64,000 nucleotides of DNA from Macrostomum hystrix (GCA_950097015.1 CATNEN010000024.1:1-64000), one strand, 5' to 3'. Shown: positions 1 to 11,008, counted from the stretch's first letter. Notes: generated from the sequence alone by a model not told the origin. Made by a program: numbers and translations.

Positions 1-248
1 ACTAATTATTTGGCAGTCGTTGGACAAATGTTCTAAACGCGCAGACAAACAAAAGATAACATTTTATTTCTAATTTGTCGCAATTTTCTGATATTACCAG
101 TTATTACTATTAGTAGTAGGTAAAGTTCCAATTCATCTAATTAGGAAATTAAAATTACAATAAATGCTTTCAGTAAATAAGGTTAATGCAAGACAAAATA
201 ATTGTCTCTGCAGATAAAGTCTCATTGCTGCCTGCGTGGAGCCGGCTC

Positions 249-575
249 CGCATAGCGACGACAGTTTTCCATGGCAACTACAGCGCCGAGGAGGCTTCAC
301 CGCCAGCTGCGGGGAGTGCCAGCTAGGCGCGGCGTTCCGCCTTAGCGGCTCCGACTATGATCTCTGCGCCCTGTTGTTGCATGGTGACGGGGAGTGCGGT
401 GGCAACAGCCTGCTAGACGAGTTCGGTCAGGAGCACATCGGTGTCTGCGGACCTCAACTTGCAGATTTGGCAACCGCCCGAGGTGCTTTAGCTTTGGAAA
501 TTCGATTGGTTTGGCGAGAATTGCATATAACCAAAGAGTTTGGTTGCGTCCCCTGTCCTTGGCATTGGCAACTAA
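249..575. promoter_or_regulatory. Cluster of RFX X-box-like motifs (candidate ciliary-gene promoter)
   Basis: GTTTTCCATGGCAAC (264-278), GTTGCATGGTGAC (376-388) and GGCAAC half-sites at 401, 469 and 567, in a GC-rich island. Confidence 0.35.
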
Positions 576-1349
576 AAATGGAATTCTGGGATGGAACTTG
601 CGTCAAAAGTTATTCCCCTAGCCAAACAGCGGAATATTACATTCAGCTGACCGTAGGAGAAACAATCACATGATCTGATTAGTTAAAATGACCTATTCCT
701 TACCTTGCAACCAAACTGATTAATGAAATGCCAAGCTAACCGCCATACTTTGCTACTGCCTCTAATCAGTAGTGAGTAGCAGATCTTGTCTTTTAGGCAT
801 ATCTTCGGGTTGGACAGTTTCAGATTTATAACTCTGCTAAATCATCGACTGAGCAGGATTTTGAGTTATCCATACTCATCGTACTCAAACAAAATAGTAA
901 TGCCCTCTGTGTTATCAGAAATAATTTTGCAAGCAACCAAGTTGTCCAACAATAGCTTTCTAGATCCCAAATCTTGGGAATTCTCAGCTGATGTGCGTGA
1001 TTTATCCAATCTTCATCTTCAGTTTCCCAACAGGGATAAATGGCTTTGATTAATCGCTGGGCGGACTTTAATTAATTATGCAATTGCAGACTAAGGCGGT
1101 TTCTGGTTTGCACTTTTTGCTTAAATTTCTTTTATAAATCTTCTCTAAACCCTGTATTTACTGTTTTAGTAATCTTTTTTGCCTAGTTTTTTGAGAAGCA
1201 AGGAGGTTGTTGCATTGTGGATAGAAACTTGCCACAACTAACAAAGAGGTCTGGGGCTCGAATCTTTCGAATGTCCATTGTCTATAAACAGATTGCAACA
1301 CTGGCGTAGCTAGGAATTTTGTCTATGGCGGAGGGCCGCGCCTTTTGGG

Positions 1350-1730
1350 GGCGCCACTATCACATGGGGGGCCACTATCACATGGGGGCTCCACTATCAC
1401 ATGGGGGCTCCACTATCACATGGGGCGCCACTACCACATGGGGGCTCCACTATCACATGGGGGCTCCACTATCACATGGGGGCTCCACTATCACATGGGG
1501 GCTCCACTATCACATGGGGCGCCACTACCACATGGGGGCGCCACTATCACATGGGGCGCCACTACCACATGGGGGGCTCCACAATCACATGGGGGCTCCA
1601 CTATCACATGGGGGCGCCACTATCACATGGCGGTGCAACTATCACATGGGGGCTCCACTATCACATGGGGGCTCCACTATCACATGGGGGCTCCACTATC
1701 ACATGGGGGCTCCACTATCACATGGGGGCG
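1350..1730. repeat. Minisatellite, 19-20 bp unit (CCACTATCACATGGGGGCT), ~19 copies
   Basis: Direct tandem repetition; it generates the three overlapping repeat ORFs. Confidence 0.97.
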
Positions 1731-2966
1731 TCTCAAACTACGAGTCATTTCTTCAGACCGCGACCAACCCTCGCCATTGCTCACGAAGACTCTGACTCAT
1801 CGGCTGGAAGAGGCGAGGTGCAGCACAACACCCACCTTCATACTCGTACCTTACAATCTCTCCAAACAGAAAGGATATCAATGAATAACTAGTATTAAAT
1901 TATGCATTTTTAACTGTATCAGTAAATAATTGTCTGTGGGATACTGAAGATTTAGACCGACTGAAATTAGGGATCTCGTATTCGTTTCAGTTCTAGCTCA
2001 AGATCTGTGAGCGGCCATGCACGCAGGAAATTAACTATCCCATCCAACCCCCACCCCAAAAGCTCTCAGAGGTGCGTACATTTTCTCTGCTCTCAGTCTG
2101 TGAGCAATCTCTCCCTATATGGAGCAGTGCCCTCCCCACTGTACAGCACTGGATGACTCGGCGATGCGAATTTCACCTTTCATTCTCCCCTCTCCACCTC
2201 TCTCCCCTCTCTATTCCTCAACGTAGTCTCTATACTCAATTAGCAAAATGAAACCTCCCCACTGGGTATTCTCTTCCTCACAGCCAGGCCTTGGGTGGAG
2301 GGGATATTTTGTCTACTCACAAAACCGACAAAGCGCCCTCTGCCCCACACACCCCCTAGCTCTACCCCCGGCCCATTTGTGTATGTAAGTCTGCGACAGT
2401 GTCGCTTTGTCTGACCCTCGTCTGAACTATACATCTGAGCCTAGATCTCACACTTTCTCTCTCACTCTCTCGGCCTTCTTAGACAGCTGAGGACAGGCAG
2501 GAGAGGATAACTATCTCGCCGCTTCACCTGAAATCGTCGACCCCTCAAACCCGACCTCCCCCCACCCAGCACCGCCCGGATCGAAACGTCAGTTCGAGGC
2601 TAGAGAAATCTGTGCATCTGGCGGACTAAATTTAGCTCGAGTCTTTCCTTTCGTCTCCCGAACAGCACTCCCATTCCTACCCATCGAGCCGAGAAAGATG
2701 CCACTCGGCGCCGAAAGCCATCACAGCCGCCGCGCTTGCAGCTAGAGAGAAATCCCCTAACCAAAAGCCTCGACTTTCACTTAGCATTTCTCCCCCTCCG
2801 GATCCCGGGATCCGTGTCCTAAAAAAGCACAGGGCAAGGCTGGATAGAACTGCCCCTCCCTGCGTAGTCCACGCTCGGCCAGCTGTTCGAATAGCCGCCC
2901 TAGCCTATTCTATTTATTAGTTCTCTTGCCCCTGTTGCGTACAGTCCGGCGAAGCGTCTGCAGCAT

Positions 2967-3001
<35 letters not shown>

Positions 3002-3889
3002 CTGTGCCGCGTAATCGCTCTAGTGCACAGTCTGCGCCCCCAAAACCCTAGCCCCTGCACGAAATCCTCTCTGTACCGCTGCCCAGCGTTCTGCGGCCTC
3101 CGAGACAAGCGAAAACGCATCTACGAAACCTTCCCGATTCCGAACCGACAGACGGGAAAGCGGAGGGGGTTGAAACTTTGACAGAGGAAGGAGAGCGAGA
3201 GAAAGAGAGGAAGAGAGATAGGTCAAGCGCGACGTGTGCAGTCGACCATCTCCGAACTCAACTAGGCGGAGAAGAGAGAGAGACAGAGAGGGCGGGGAGC
3301 GAATCGTTCGTCCCCCTTCCAATAGTTTGCTGTGCGTCCAGCTCCCTATAGAACTGGTGCACAGATCCGGCGCATGCTGGTTGCTCTTCGTTGCACCGCC
3401 CGTCGCGGCCTGGTCCTCTGCGTCCCAGCCTCTGAATCTGTTCTCCCTTTTACCTGGCCGCACTAAGGGGGTGCCAAAAAAGACAGACTAGACACAGACG
3501 GTCAGTATAGAAACCAAAGCGAAGAAAGTTCGACAACGAATAACGACTGAAGATCTGTCGGCGGCGGCAGTTGTTTGCAAAAAAGATCAGCTTCATTTTC
3601 ACTCCTTGCTTCAATTGAATTCTGAACAAACGACCAAGAGGTGTGACGGCCATTTCGACTGCAGTGTCGCATTTCATTTGCATCCGAGAACTACAAAAAG
3701 CCCTGGCTTACAACCAAAGGACTTCTGCTGCCCATTCTCTGCGCCAGAAGTATTAATTCTTCAAGAGAGACGTCTTTGTGCACAAGAAGTGAACGAGGTC
3801 ATTTGCGATTTCTCGCTGCCGGTTTCGACTTTGAGCCGGGCGCTGCGCAATCTGGGAATTGTTAAAGAAATTGGTTGACATTCTTTAGA

Positions 3890-5600
3890 TTAGCAAATCA
3901 GAGGCCTCTCAAATGCCTTTCGGCTGTTTCGGCAAGCGTAAAAAGAAGGAAGAAGTCAGCTGCCGATGGTGGCCCCGACAACCGACTGCGCTCCAATGTC
4001 CGGCGCGGCGGACCCGGCGCGACCGACGTCGCCAAGAATGGCAACGCTGACGTCAGCGAGACGGTGGTGGCCGCCCGCTCGCAGGGCGCCAAGTCGGCGG
4101 CCGCGCCCGGACTGAGCATTCAGAAGTCGGCCACGCTGGCCAGATACGACTTTCTAAGAAAGAGCGACTTCGGTCAACTCGGCGGACAGGTGGGCGGCGC
4201 TTAAGGAGCAATACCTGGCGCCGAAGATGACGCAATCGCAGAACGGAGGCCACCTGGCTCCACCGGAGCCGTCAAGCGCGCCGCCTGGCCGCCGCCAACG
4301 GGCGCCAACGCTCGACCCGGCTTCGGAGCTCGCGGCGGTCGAGCGGCCCAGAGCCGCCCCGGCAGTTCTCGCCGCCGTCCACAGTGGTCTCTGTGGTGAA
4401 GTTTTCGCATTGGTTCTATGATCGCCAGGTTACGGAGGAAGAGGCGAGGGCGTGAGGCACAGGAGAGGGAAGAGAAGAGCCGGTAAGACACACGTCCTGT
4501 GACCTTGCCCTGAGGACAGCTGTACGAGTCCAATATTTGGAATCCAAAGAAGAAAACGTTTTTGTACTTTTCTAAATCTACAAAGCGTTAATGCAAAGCA
4601 GATCAGCAGGTGGGTTGTGTGTCGGGGTTGGAGAATCGAATGTACAACAATGCTTTCATGATGCATTTTAGTAATGTAGCCAGGAACACACACAAGCGCA
4701 CAAAGGACCATCCGTTCCGATTCGATTGCCCATTTCTCCCACTCCGGTCGGCCACGGTCCAGCTCCATCGCGCTAGGAGCCCAGGACCTGGCAGCGGGGC
4801 TAATGTTATCCCAAACTGCTTTCGCGGCTGGGGTGGGCTCGGGGACTAGGGTCTACGGCGAGGTTGTTGTTGAAGCTGAATATGCATTCGGAAAGAAACC
4901 AACAAGAAGGAAAGAGGAGAGAGGAGAGAGAGAGGAAGATGGCAAAGAGTGGGTGGTTTAGTCATGGCTTTTTTCTGCATAGCTGAATTTTGGAATAAGG
5001 AGCGGGCTTTGGATTGTGAATGCTTTTTTAGCAAAATAGGGGGTGGGTAGAGGGAAATGAGGAGCCAGGGGTGGGTAGAATTTGGGAGGATCTGGCAAGG
5101 ATAGGCATGGCTGAGGAAAATGTCAAGTCGGCCTTCCTGAGGTCTGAGGGATTGAAGGATATCGTGCTATGTGCTATAGCGCAGTAGTCGGTCGAATCAA
5201 AGATCGCTATGCTAATAAAACTTCTCTATTCTCTAGCGACGTCATACTCTCGGGGTGTTCAATTCTATGTAGAATTTTGAAAATTCCAAGAACGTTATAC
5301 CAAAATAGGGGGATAAAACTTCGTTGACAGTGTTATTCCTTAGTTCTCCATTACTCTCTCCCTGCTGAGGCGTTGGCAGCAAAAAATTCGATGAAAATGA
5401 AAGATAAAACGGCGAAGGGCGAGGGCGAGAGGCTCGAAACGATAATTCGAGTTCGGGGTAGGAGTGACGCTGGCTGGAGGGAGAAATATTCCATAATCCC
5501 ACAAGCTGTTTACTCAGCCTCCCCAAGTCTTGTCCTATTTCCGGGGCGCGGAGCAGGGCTCGCCTGCTGCGTAGAAATTGATTTCTGCCCGGAGGGAAGG
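3890..5600 (+). pseudogene. Probable further upstream exons of the IQ gene, heavily disrupted by indels
   Basis: GC-rich blocks with donor-like ends (cag|GTGGGC ~4190, ccg|GTAAGA ~4484). Garbled IQ-like motifs at ~4798-4832 (gct aat gtt atc c caa act gct tt cgc ggc tgg = ANVIQTAFRGW with +1/-1) and ~5535-5575 (YFRGA..RARLLRR). The exact structure cannot be resolved. Confidence 0.3.
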
Positions 5601-5779
5601 AAACTCGACTGACAGACAGGGAAGATTGAAATAGATTGGGATCAGCGAATTTCGTGGATCTGGGATTCGAGATTCTGCCCCACCCCCAATGTGTCTATTG
5701 AGTATTGCATACATTTTTAACGCTTTCCATCGGTCACAATATTTCTGGCAGACATTGTATCTAAAGGAAGTTATTTGCA

Positions 5780-6135
5780 CATAATTATTATGTGCAAATT
5801 ATATATTATAATTGTATAAAAGAGAATATAAAAAAATAGAATAATAATTATTAATATATTAATTTTATTAAATTTTTATAATATATTATATTTTATAATT
5901 TTATTTTATATTTTTATTATTTATTTTATTATTTTATTTTATTATTAAAATGTTTTAAAATTTTTTAAAATTTTAAAAAAAATTGTAAAAAAATATTAAA
6001 AAATTGAAAATTAGTATTTTTTTATTTTTCTTCTTTCTTTTTATTATTATAAATTTTATAATATTTTAATTTTATTAATATATTAATAATAATATAAAAT
6101 AGAATAATAATATAATAATTGGAATAATTATTATA
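5780..6135. repeat. Extremely AT-rich low-complexity tract
   Basis: Almost exclusively A/T with irregular runs. Confidence 0.9.
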
Positions 6136-6290
6136 TATACAGGCGAATAGCACAATGCACGGGTCCCCTGTTCGTTTTTTTATCCTTGTTATTGTCGCTG
6201 CGAGTGCTGTACTTTTATTTGATAAGGCAGCAGTCGGTTGAAATGCAACCTATTCATAGAGGGCACACGCGCATAAATTTGTTAAAACAG

Positions 6291-6451
6291 AGATTTTTGG
6301 AGGGGCCTAGCCGACCCTCCGATCGGATTCGGAGGTTTCCGCAACCTGCGGCGTCCGAGGCGGAGGTTGACGGCGGCTGCTGAAAGGATTTCAGGCGGGC
6401 TATCGGGGCTTTAAGACTCGCCAGCTGCTGCAGGAGCAGAAGCAGAAGGAG
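6291..6451 (+). CDS. IQ-gene exon (..EAELTAAAERIQAGYRGFKTRQLLQEQKQKE after removing two 1-nt insertions)
   Basis: att(t)cag gcg ggc tat cgg ggc ttt aag act cgc encodes IQAGYRGFKTR. Donor gag|GTGAGG at 6452. The 5' boundary is uncertain. Confidence 0.6.
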
Positions 6452-7235
6452 GTGAGGGGCTGCTGACCCCCAGTCTCCTGATCACATCATCAGACGCTGC
6501 TCAGACGGATTGGCTTGCTAAATTGAGATGTTTTCCACTCTTTTGCGGTTCTGCCGCTGGCTGCTCAGTCGCTTTTGTTGTGCCACAGGGGGACGTCTTG
6601 CCTTTCCGCTTTGAATGTCAGGAGATTGGTGTGGGGTGGATAGTCGTCTTTTGATAAGAAACGCAGGTATTGAAGAAAGAGCTGCATTAAAAGTTCTGAG
6701 TGATTTATAATAAAGCGTTAACTTATTGGTTGTGTCTTGGCGCACTGCAATGTCCTAGAATTTGCATTGTTTTTTTTTCTATGCAATGCAAAAAAGCTTT
6801 AGATTGAAAGTATTGCGGCTTGCAATGCAGTTAAATTACATTTCAATTGGCTTGTAGCTATAAATGTAGGAAATTTCGTTCGTTCGCTTTTTAGTAACGT
6901 ACATAGCTTGAATGCGATTCATCTGCATGTGTTACGCGTACACCTTAAACATGAAAGCTAGACTTTAGAATTTACGAAGATGATTCTATGCTAACGTAAT
7001 AATGTCAAAACTAGAACTACGAGTATATTGCTTTTGCGCTACCCCAATTAGTTGTCAATTAGCTTCTGGGGGGGAGTTTAAATTTTTATAATGATAAATT
7101 CACTTTTATACTTAGGTATAGATAAATGGTAAAGAGACGATTGTTTTTTTAGAATATAAATTTGGGCGGTAGGTGAGTTAGTTAACTTCTACAAATTTGC
7201 GCGGGGCAGTTAGTGGGGAGTTGATTTTTAATCGT

Positions 7236-7452
7236 ACATGTGCTTGGGGCAGGGAGTGGGATTTGTTGTTGCTCATATGCGCGGCGCAAGGAGGGAGGTG
7301 GCTGCTGTACATAAGCTCGGGCAGGGAGTGATTTGGTTGTTGCCTCATATGCGCGGCGCAAGGAGGGAGGTGGCTGCCGTACATAAGCTCGGGGCAGGGA
7401 GTGATTTGGTTGTTGCACAAATGCGCGGCGCATGGGAGGGAGGTGGTTGTAC
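7236..7452. repeat. ~72 bp tandem repeat, ~3 copies, core TACATAAGCTCGGGGCAGGGAGTGA
   Basis: Unit starts near 7236, 7309, 7380 and 7450. Confidence 0.9.
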
Positions 7453-8294
7453 ATATTTTTCGGTACCGAGTGGCAGTGTAAGTAAAATTCTCTTAGATTA
7501 AGTCAAGCTACAACGGTGCTAAAAGTCAGAAAATTTATTCTGACAGCAATATCTCGCATCAAATATTTCAGACGGATCAGCAGGACTGACTATAAAAAAT
7601 ATCTCTGGACTGAGATTGCAGACAATTTAGACACTATCTTGACAGCTAACATCAAGTGACCCTGTCTGTCTCTCTATCTGTCTGTTTGTCAGTCTTTACA
7701 TAGCACGGCTAGCCTAAGTGATCTGATTAACGCTGGCTTCAGATCATTATTAATTCTCTAAAATCAAATTTCTTTTTTGAATATAAAGTTTCTCTTTAAT
7801 AAAATATACCTAATCTAACACGTCGATTCGTTCTCATTTGCCTATGCTGAATTCGAGCGTTCTGAAAAACCTATATTTATTTGTTTAGTTGGTCGTATTT
7901 TGGTCTAAATATGGGTTGTTACAATCTTCCTTGATTGTAATTAAATCTTCTTTTAGTTTGCCTTTCAACTGCTCTGTCCGTTTGATAAAGTTTAGTCTTT
8001 TCGAAAAAAAAACGGGTCATAGCGAACTTGCCATAATCATACATTTTTCTTAGTAAATCACAGACTGTTTGCTTGCACACACTCAATTTGATCGAGCTGA
8101 AAGGCGATCTTGGTAACTTGTTTCTGAAAACAGCGGGGAACCACTTAATATCAGCAAGACTTCTATTAGTTACACCTTCTGTTAATATACTTATCACATA
8201 CTATACTCGTATGACGAGTTAGTGCCATCGCAATCCTTTCACACTTTTTACAACCAACCCTCGCTACTGCCCCAACATATGCCTCGACATAATT

Positions 8295-8860
8295 CCCTGC
8301 CCCGACTTTCATACCCACCTCACTCCCTGCCCTAACTTATACGGCCTACCTCACTCCCTGCCCCAAATTTTACAACCCACCTCACTCCCTGCCCTAACTT
8401 ATACGCCTACCTCACTCCCTGCCCCAAATTTTACACCCACCTCACTCCCTGCCCTAACTTATACGCTTACCTCACTCCCTGCCCCAAATTTTACACCCAC
8501 CTCACTCCCTGCCCTAACTTATACGCCTACCTCACTCCCTGCCCCAAATTTTACACCCACATCTCTTCCTGCCCCAAATTTTACACCCACCTCACTCCCT
8601 GCCCCAACTTATGCACCCACTTCACTCCCTGCCCTAACTTATACGCCTACCTCACTCCCTGCCCCAAATTTTACACCCACATCTCTTCCTGCCCCAAATT
8701 TTACACCCACCTCACTCCCCTGCCCCAACTTATGCACCCACTTCACTCCCTGCCCCAACTTATGCACCCACCTCACTCCCTGCCGTAAATTTTACACCCA
8801 CCTCACTCCCTGCCCTAAATTTAACCACCATCTCATTCCCTGTCCCAACTTATGCACCCT
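8295..8860. repeat. ~30 bp minisatellite (CCCACCTCACTCCCTGCCCCAAATTTTACA / ...CCTAACTTATACG), ~19 copies, partly a 60 bp dimer
   Basis: Direct tandem repetition with alternating variants. Confidence 0.95.
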
Positions 8861-9160
8861 GCGTACTAGTTATTTCGCCTATCTTGTATGCAAAAATTTT
8901 ACTTTCTTATACAAACATAGCGTCTGCAAACAGTTCTTTGAGCACAGGGTTCTACATAGAAAAATCTATAATTTTCTCAGTTAAAAAGATGAGCCATGTA
9001 CTTTTGCGCCTAGCTTACTGAGTAGCCGCTTACTGTCTGACCCTTGCATATTTCCATGTTTTGTGCGCTAATTTAATCCTGTTCCGAAAAAAGCCCGTAA
9101 CGCTACAAAAGTAAATTAGTTAAAAACACCTGTAAAAAAATATTTTTTTGGTAATCAAAG

Positions 9161-9319
9161 GCCGAAGAAAGAGCAAGAGCATCATGAGCAGCAGTCTTCG
9201 GCGGACAGCACCAAGCCGACCACTCGGCAGACGAAGAGGCAGCCGCGGCAGCGAGGATTCAGGCCGGTTTTCGGGGCTACCAGACGAGGAAACACCTGGC
9301 CGAGGCGAGAGAGCACGAG
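9161..9319 (+). CDS. IQ-gene exon (..HQADHSADEEAAAAARIQAGFRGYQTRKHLAEAREHE)
   Basis: atcaaAG acceptor, gag|GTAGGT donor, 159 nt. An in-frame TGA at 9185 is explained by compensating +1/-1 indels. Confidence 0.7.
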
Positions 9320-9530
9320 GTAGGTCTTTAATGGGAAATATGTTAAGTACTCATGATCAGACACACAAGAGGTACTCATCAGACACATGAGAGGTACACA
9401 TGAGACACATGAGAGGTACTCATGAGACACATGAGAGGTAAATTGGGAAAATCACGAAAAGTACTCATTGGGAACGCAAAAACGTAGGACGTACATAAAA
9501 TCTGGCCGCACTGGCTTACTCAAATTGTAG

Positions 9531-9684
9531 CACGAGCAGCACCATGAGCAGAGCCAGCAGCTCGATCAGCACGATCAGAAGCAGCAACAGCATCCGGCTG
9601 GCGACCATCATCTGGTGGACGATATTGATGAAAATGATCCCCTGGTGAACGCGGCGGCGACTAAAATTCAGGCCGGCTTCAAAG
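9531..9684 (+). CDS. IQ-gene exon (HEQHHEQSQQLDQHDQKQQQHPAGDHHLVDDIDENDPLVNAAATKIQAGFK)
   Basis: aattgtAG acceptor, open frame, weak donor g|GTTGTC. Confidence 0.75.
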
Positions 9685-9930
9685 GTTGTCATTGTTTCGG
9701 TCTTCTTCTAAGCCTCGGCATAGCAACCAATCAGAAAAACGACATAACAACCAATCACAATAACGATTAGAATAACGATCAGAATAACAATCAGAATATA
9801 GCAACCATTTAGAACTACATAGAAGCCAATAAAAGACTGTATAGCAACAAGTGAAAATAGTCACATAGCAACCAATGAAGCAACTGCCTAGCAACAAATC
9901 ACTAATAATGTGTATTTTTTTTCGTTCCAG

Positions 9931-10094
9931 GCATGCAGGCTCGAAAGAAGTGAAGGAGCTTCGTAAGCACAAGGACGAGGATGCGGCAGCGGCGGCGTCA
10001 GATCATCACAGCGAAGCGGATGGTAATCATCACCATGACAACCAAGAGCACTCGGCCGATGAGATGAACGCGGCGGCCGTAAAGATCCAAGCTG
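9931..10094 (+). CDS. IQ-gene exon (GMQARKEVKELRKHKDEDAAAAASDHHSEADGNHHHDNQEHSADEMNAAAVKIQA)
   Basis: ttcgttccAG acceptor, g|GTGAGT donor. 164 nt, one short of frame; an A is missing in the AAA run at 9944-9946. Confidence 0.75.
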
Positions 10095-10331
10095 GTGAGT
10101 CATATTTAACATGATTTCAAATGCTTTTCTTTCTTTAACTCTGCAAACTGCTACTTTCAGTAGTCTCAAGGCTTTCGCGTTTAATAAGGAAGTAATGGTA
10201 TTTTTATTGACTGTCTAGTCAATGATTACTTAAAATTAGATACTCGAAATTAGTGATAATGTACCTTAAAAACTCAGTGGTCGAGGCTTGTCACGTGCCC
10301 GTCCTGAATTTGGTGGTTTTCATGCGGTTGT

Positions 10332-10665
10332 CTAAAAATAGCAATAACCCAACCTTCGCTGGCCAATCAAGTTACACCAAGGGTCTCCCAAGAGGTTGTC
10401 TATAAATAGCAACAATGCAAACACCCCGTAAGTTTTATTCTTATAAACCTTTATTTCTGATCATTGTTTCGCTGCTAATTTTAAACAATACATGAGAGTA
10501 AGAGTATGGTCCATTTGAATATAAACTAATATATATATAAACTCATTAAGATAACATTGCTAAGGACAATCACGGGATTAAGTTGGGCGTAGAAACAGAA
10601 GGATTCTCTAAACAAAGCGTTTCTAAAAATAGCAGCCAAAACGATTCAACCTTTCTTGGCCAATC
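10332..10665. promoter_or_regulatory. Three MEF2-consensus sites with CCAAT boxes, intronic
   Basis: CTAAAAATAG at 10332 and 10623 and CTATAAATAG at 10400. GGCCAATCAA follows the first and third sites. Confidence 0.35.
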
Positions 10666-10853
10666 AAATTTGAGGCACCCATTCCTATCTTTCTATGTAT
10701 TCCTTGCTTTGACTAGACAACTGAAATAAGTTACTTTTTTATTTGTATCGTATTGACAAAGGTCGAGAGCTCGAATCTACTATAGAGGTCATAATCGTTT
10801 TGGCCGCTAATTCTTAGTGATATATTCTAATTAGCATCCAAATTATTAATCAG

Positions 10854-10922
10854 GCTTCAAGGGCTATAAGACGCGCAAAGAAATGGGCCGACTGCACGAC
10901 CATCACGAGTCCGAGCAACCGC

Positions 10923-10986
<64 letters not shown>

Positions 10987-11008
10987 CGCGGATGGCGCCG
11001 AAAGCTAA
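10854..11008 (+). CDS. Terminal IQ-gene exon (GFKGYKTRKEMGRLHDHHESEQPHE-Q19-HADGAES*)
   Basis: attaatcAG acceptor completes the IQ motif started in the previous exon. (CAG)19, then TAA. Confidence 0.78.

Larger units (their letters stand above)
6291..11008 (+). pseudogene. Multi-IQ-motif (calmodulin-binding) protein with His/Gln/acidic spacers. Exons ~6291-6451, 9161-9319, 9531-9684, 9931-10094, 10854-11008. Frameshifted: assembly indels or a pseudogenised copy
   Basis: Four IQ motifs after splicing and repair: AAAERIQAGYRGFKTRQLL, AAAARIQAGFRGYQTRKHL, AAATKIQAGFK|GMQARKEVKEL, AAAVKIQA|GFKGYKTRKEM. Canonical splice sites and a TAA stop at 11006-11008. About five single-base indels are needed to keep the frame. 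Confidence 0.7.

Noticed and set aside
236-673. 145 aa ORF as a gene
   Set aside because: It has a GTG start, an in-frame TAA just after the nearest acceptor, and no recognisable domain. The X-box-rich promoter reading fits better, though a short exon is not excluded.
1298-1345. CTGGCGTAGCTAGGAATTTT as the left terminus of a non-autonomous DNA transposon carrying the 20 bp array
   Set aside because: No matching inverted terminus or TSD was found downstream.
2500-3350. GC-rich open stretches (SPEIVDPSNP..., poly-Gln, PDSEPTDGKAEG...) as further exons
   Set aside because: They may be coding, but I cannot fix splice sites, frame or homology in this indel-rich region.
3606-3878. HTH-like stretch (EVNEVICDFSLPVSTLSRALRNL)
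   Set aside because: A short resemblance only, with a TTG start and no supporting context; probably chance.
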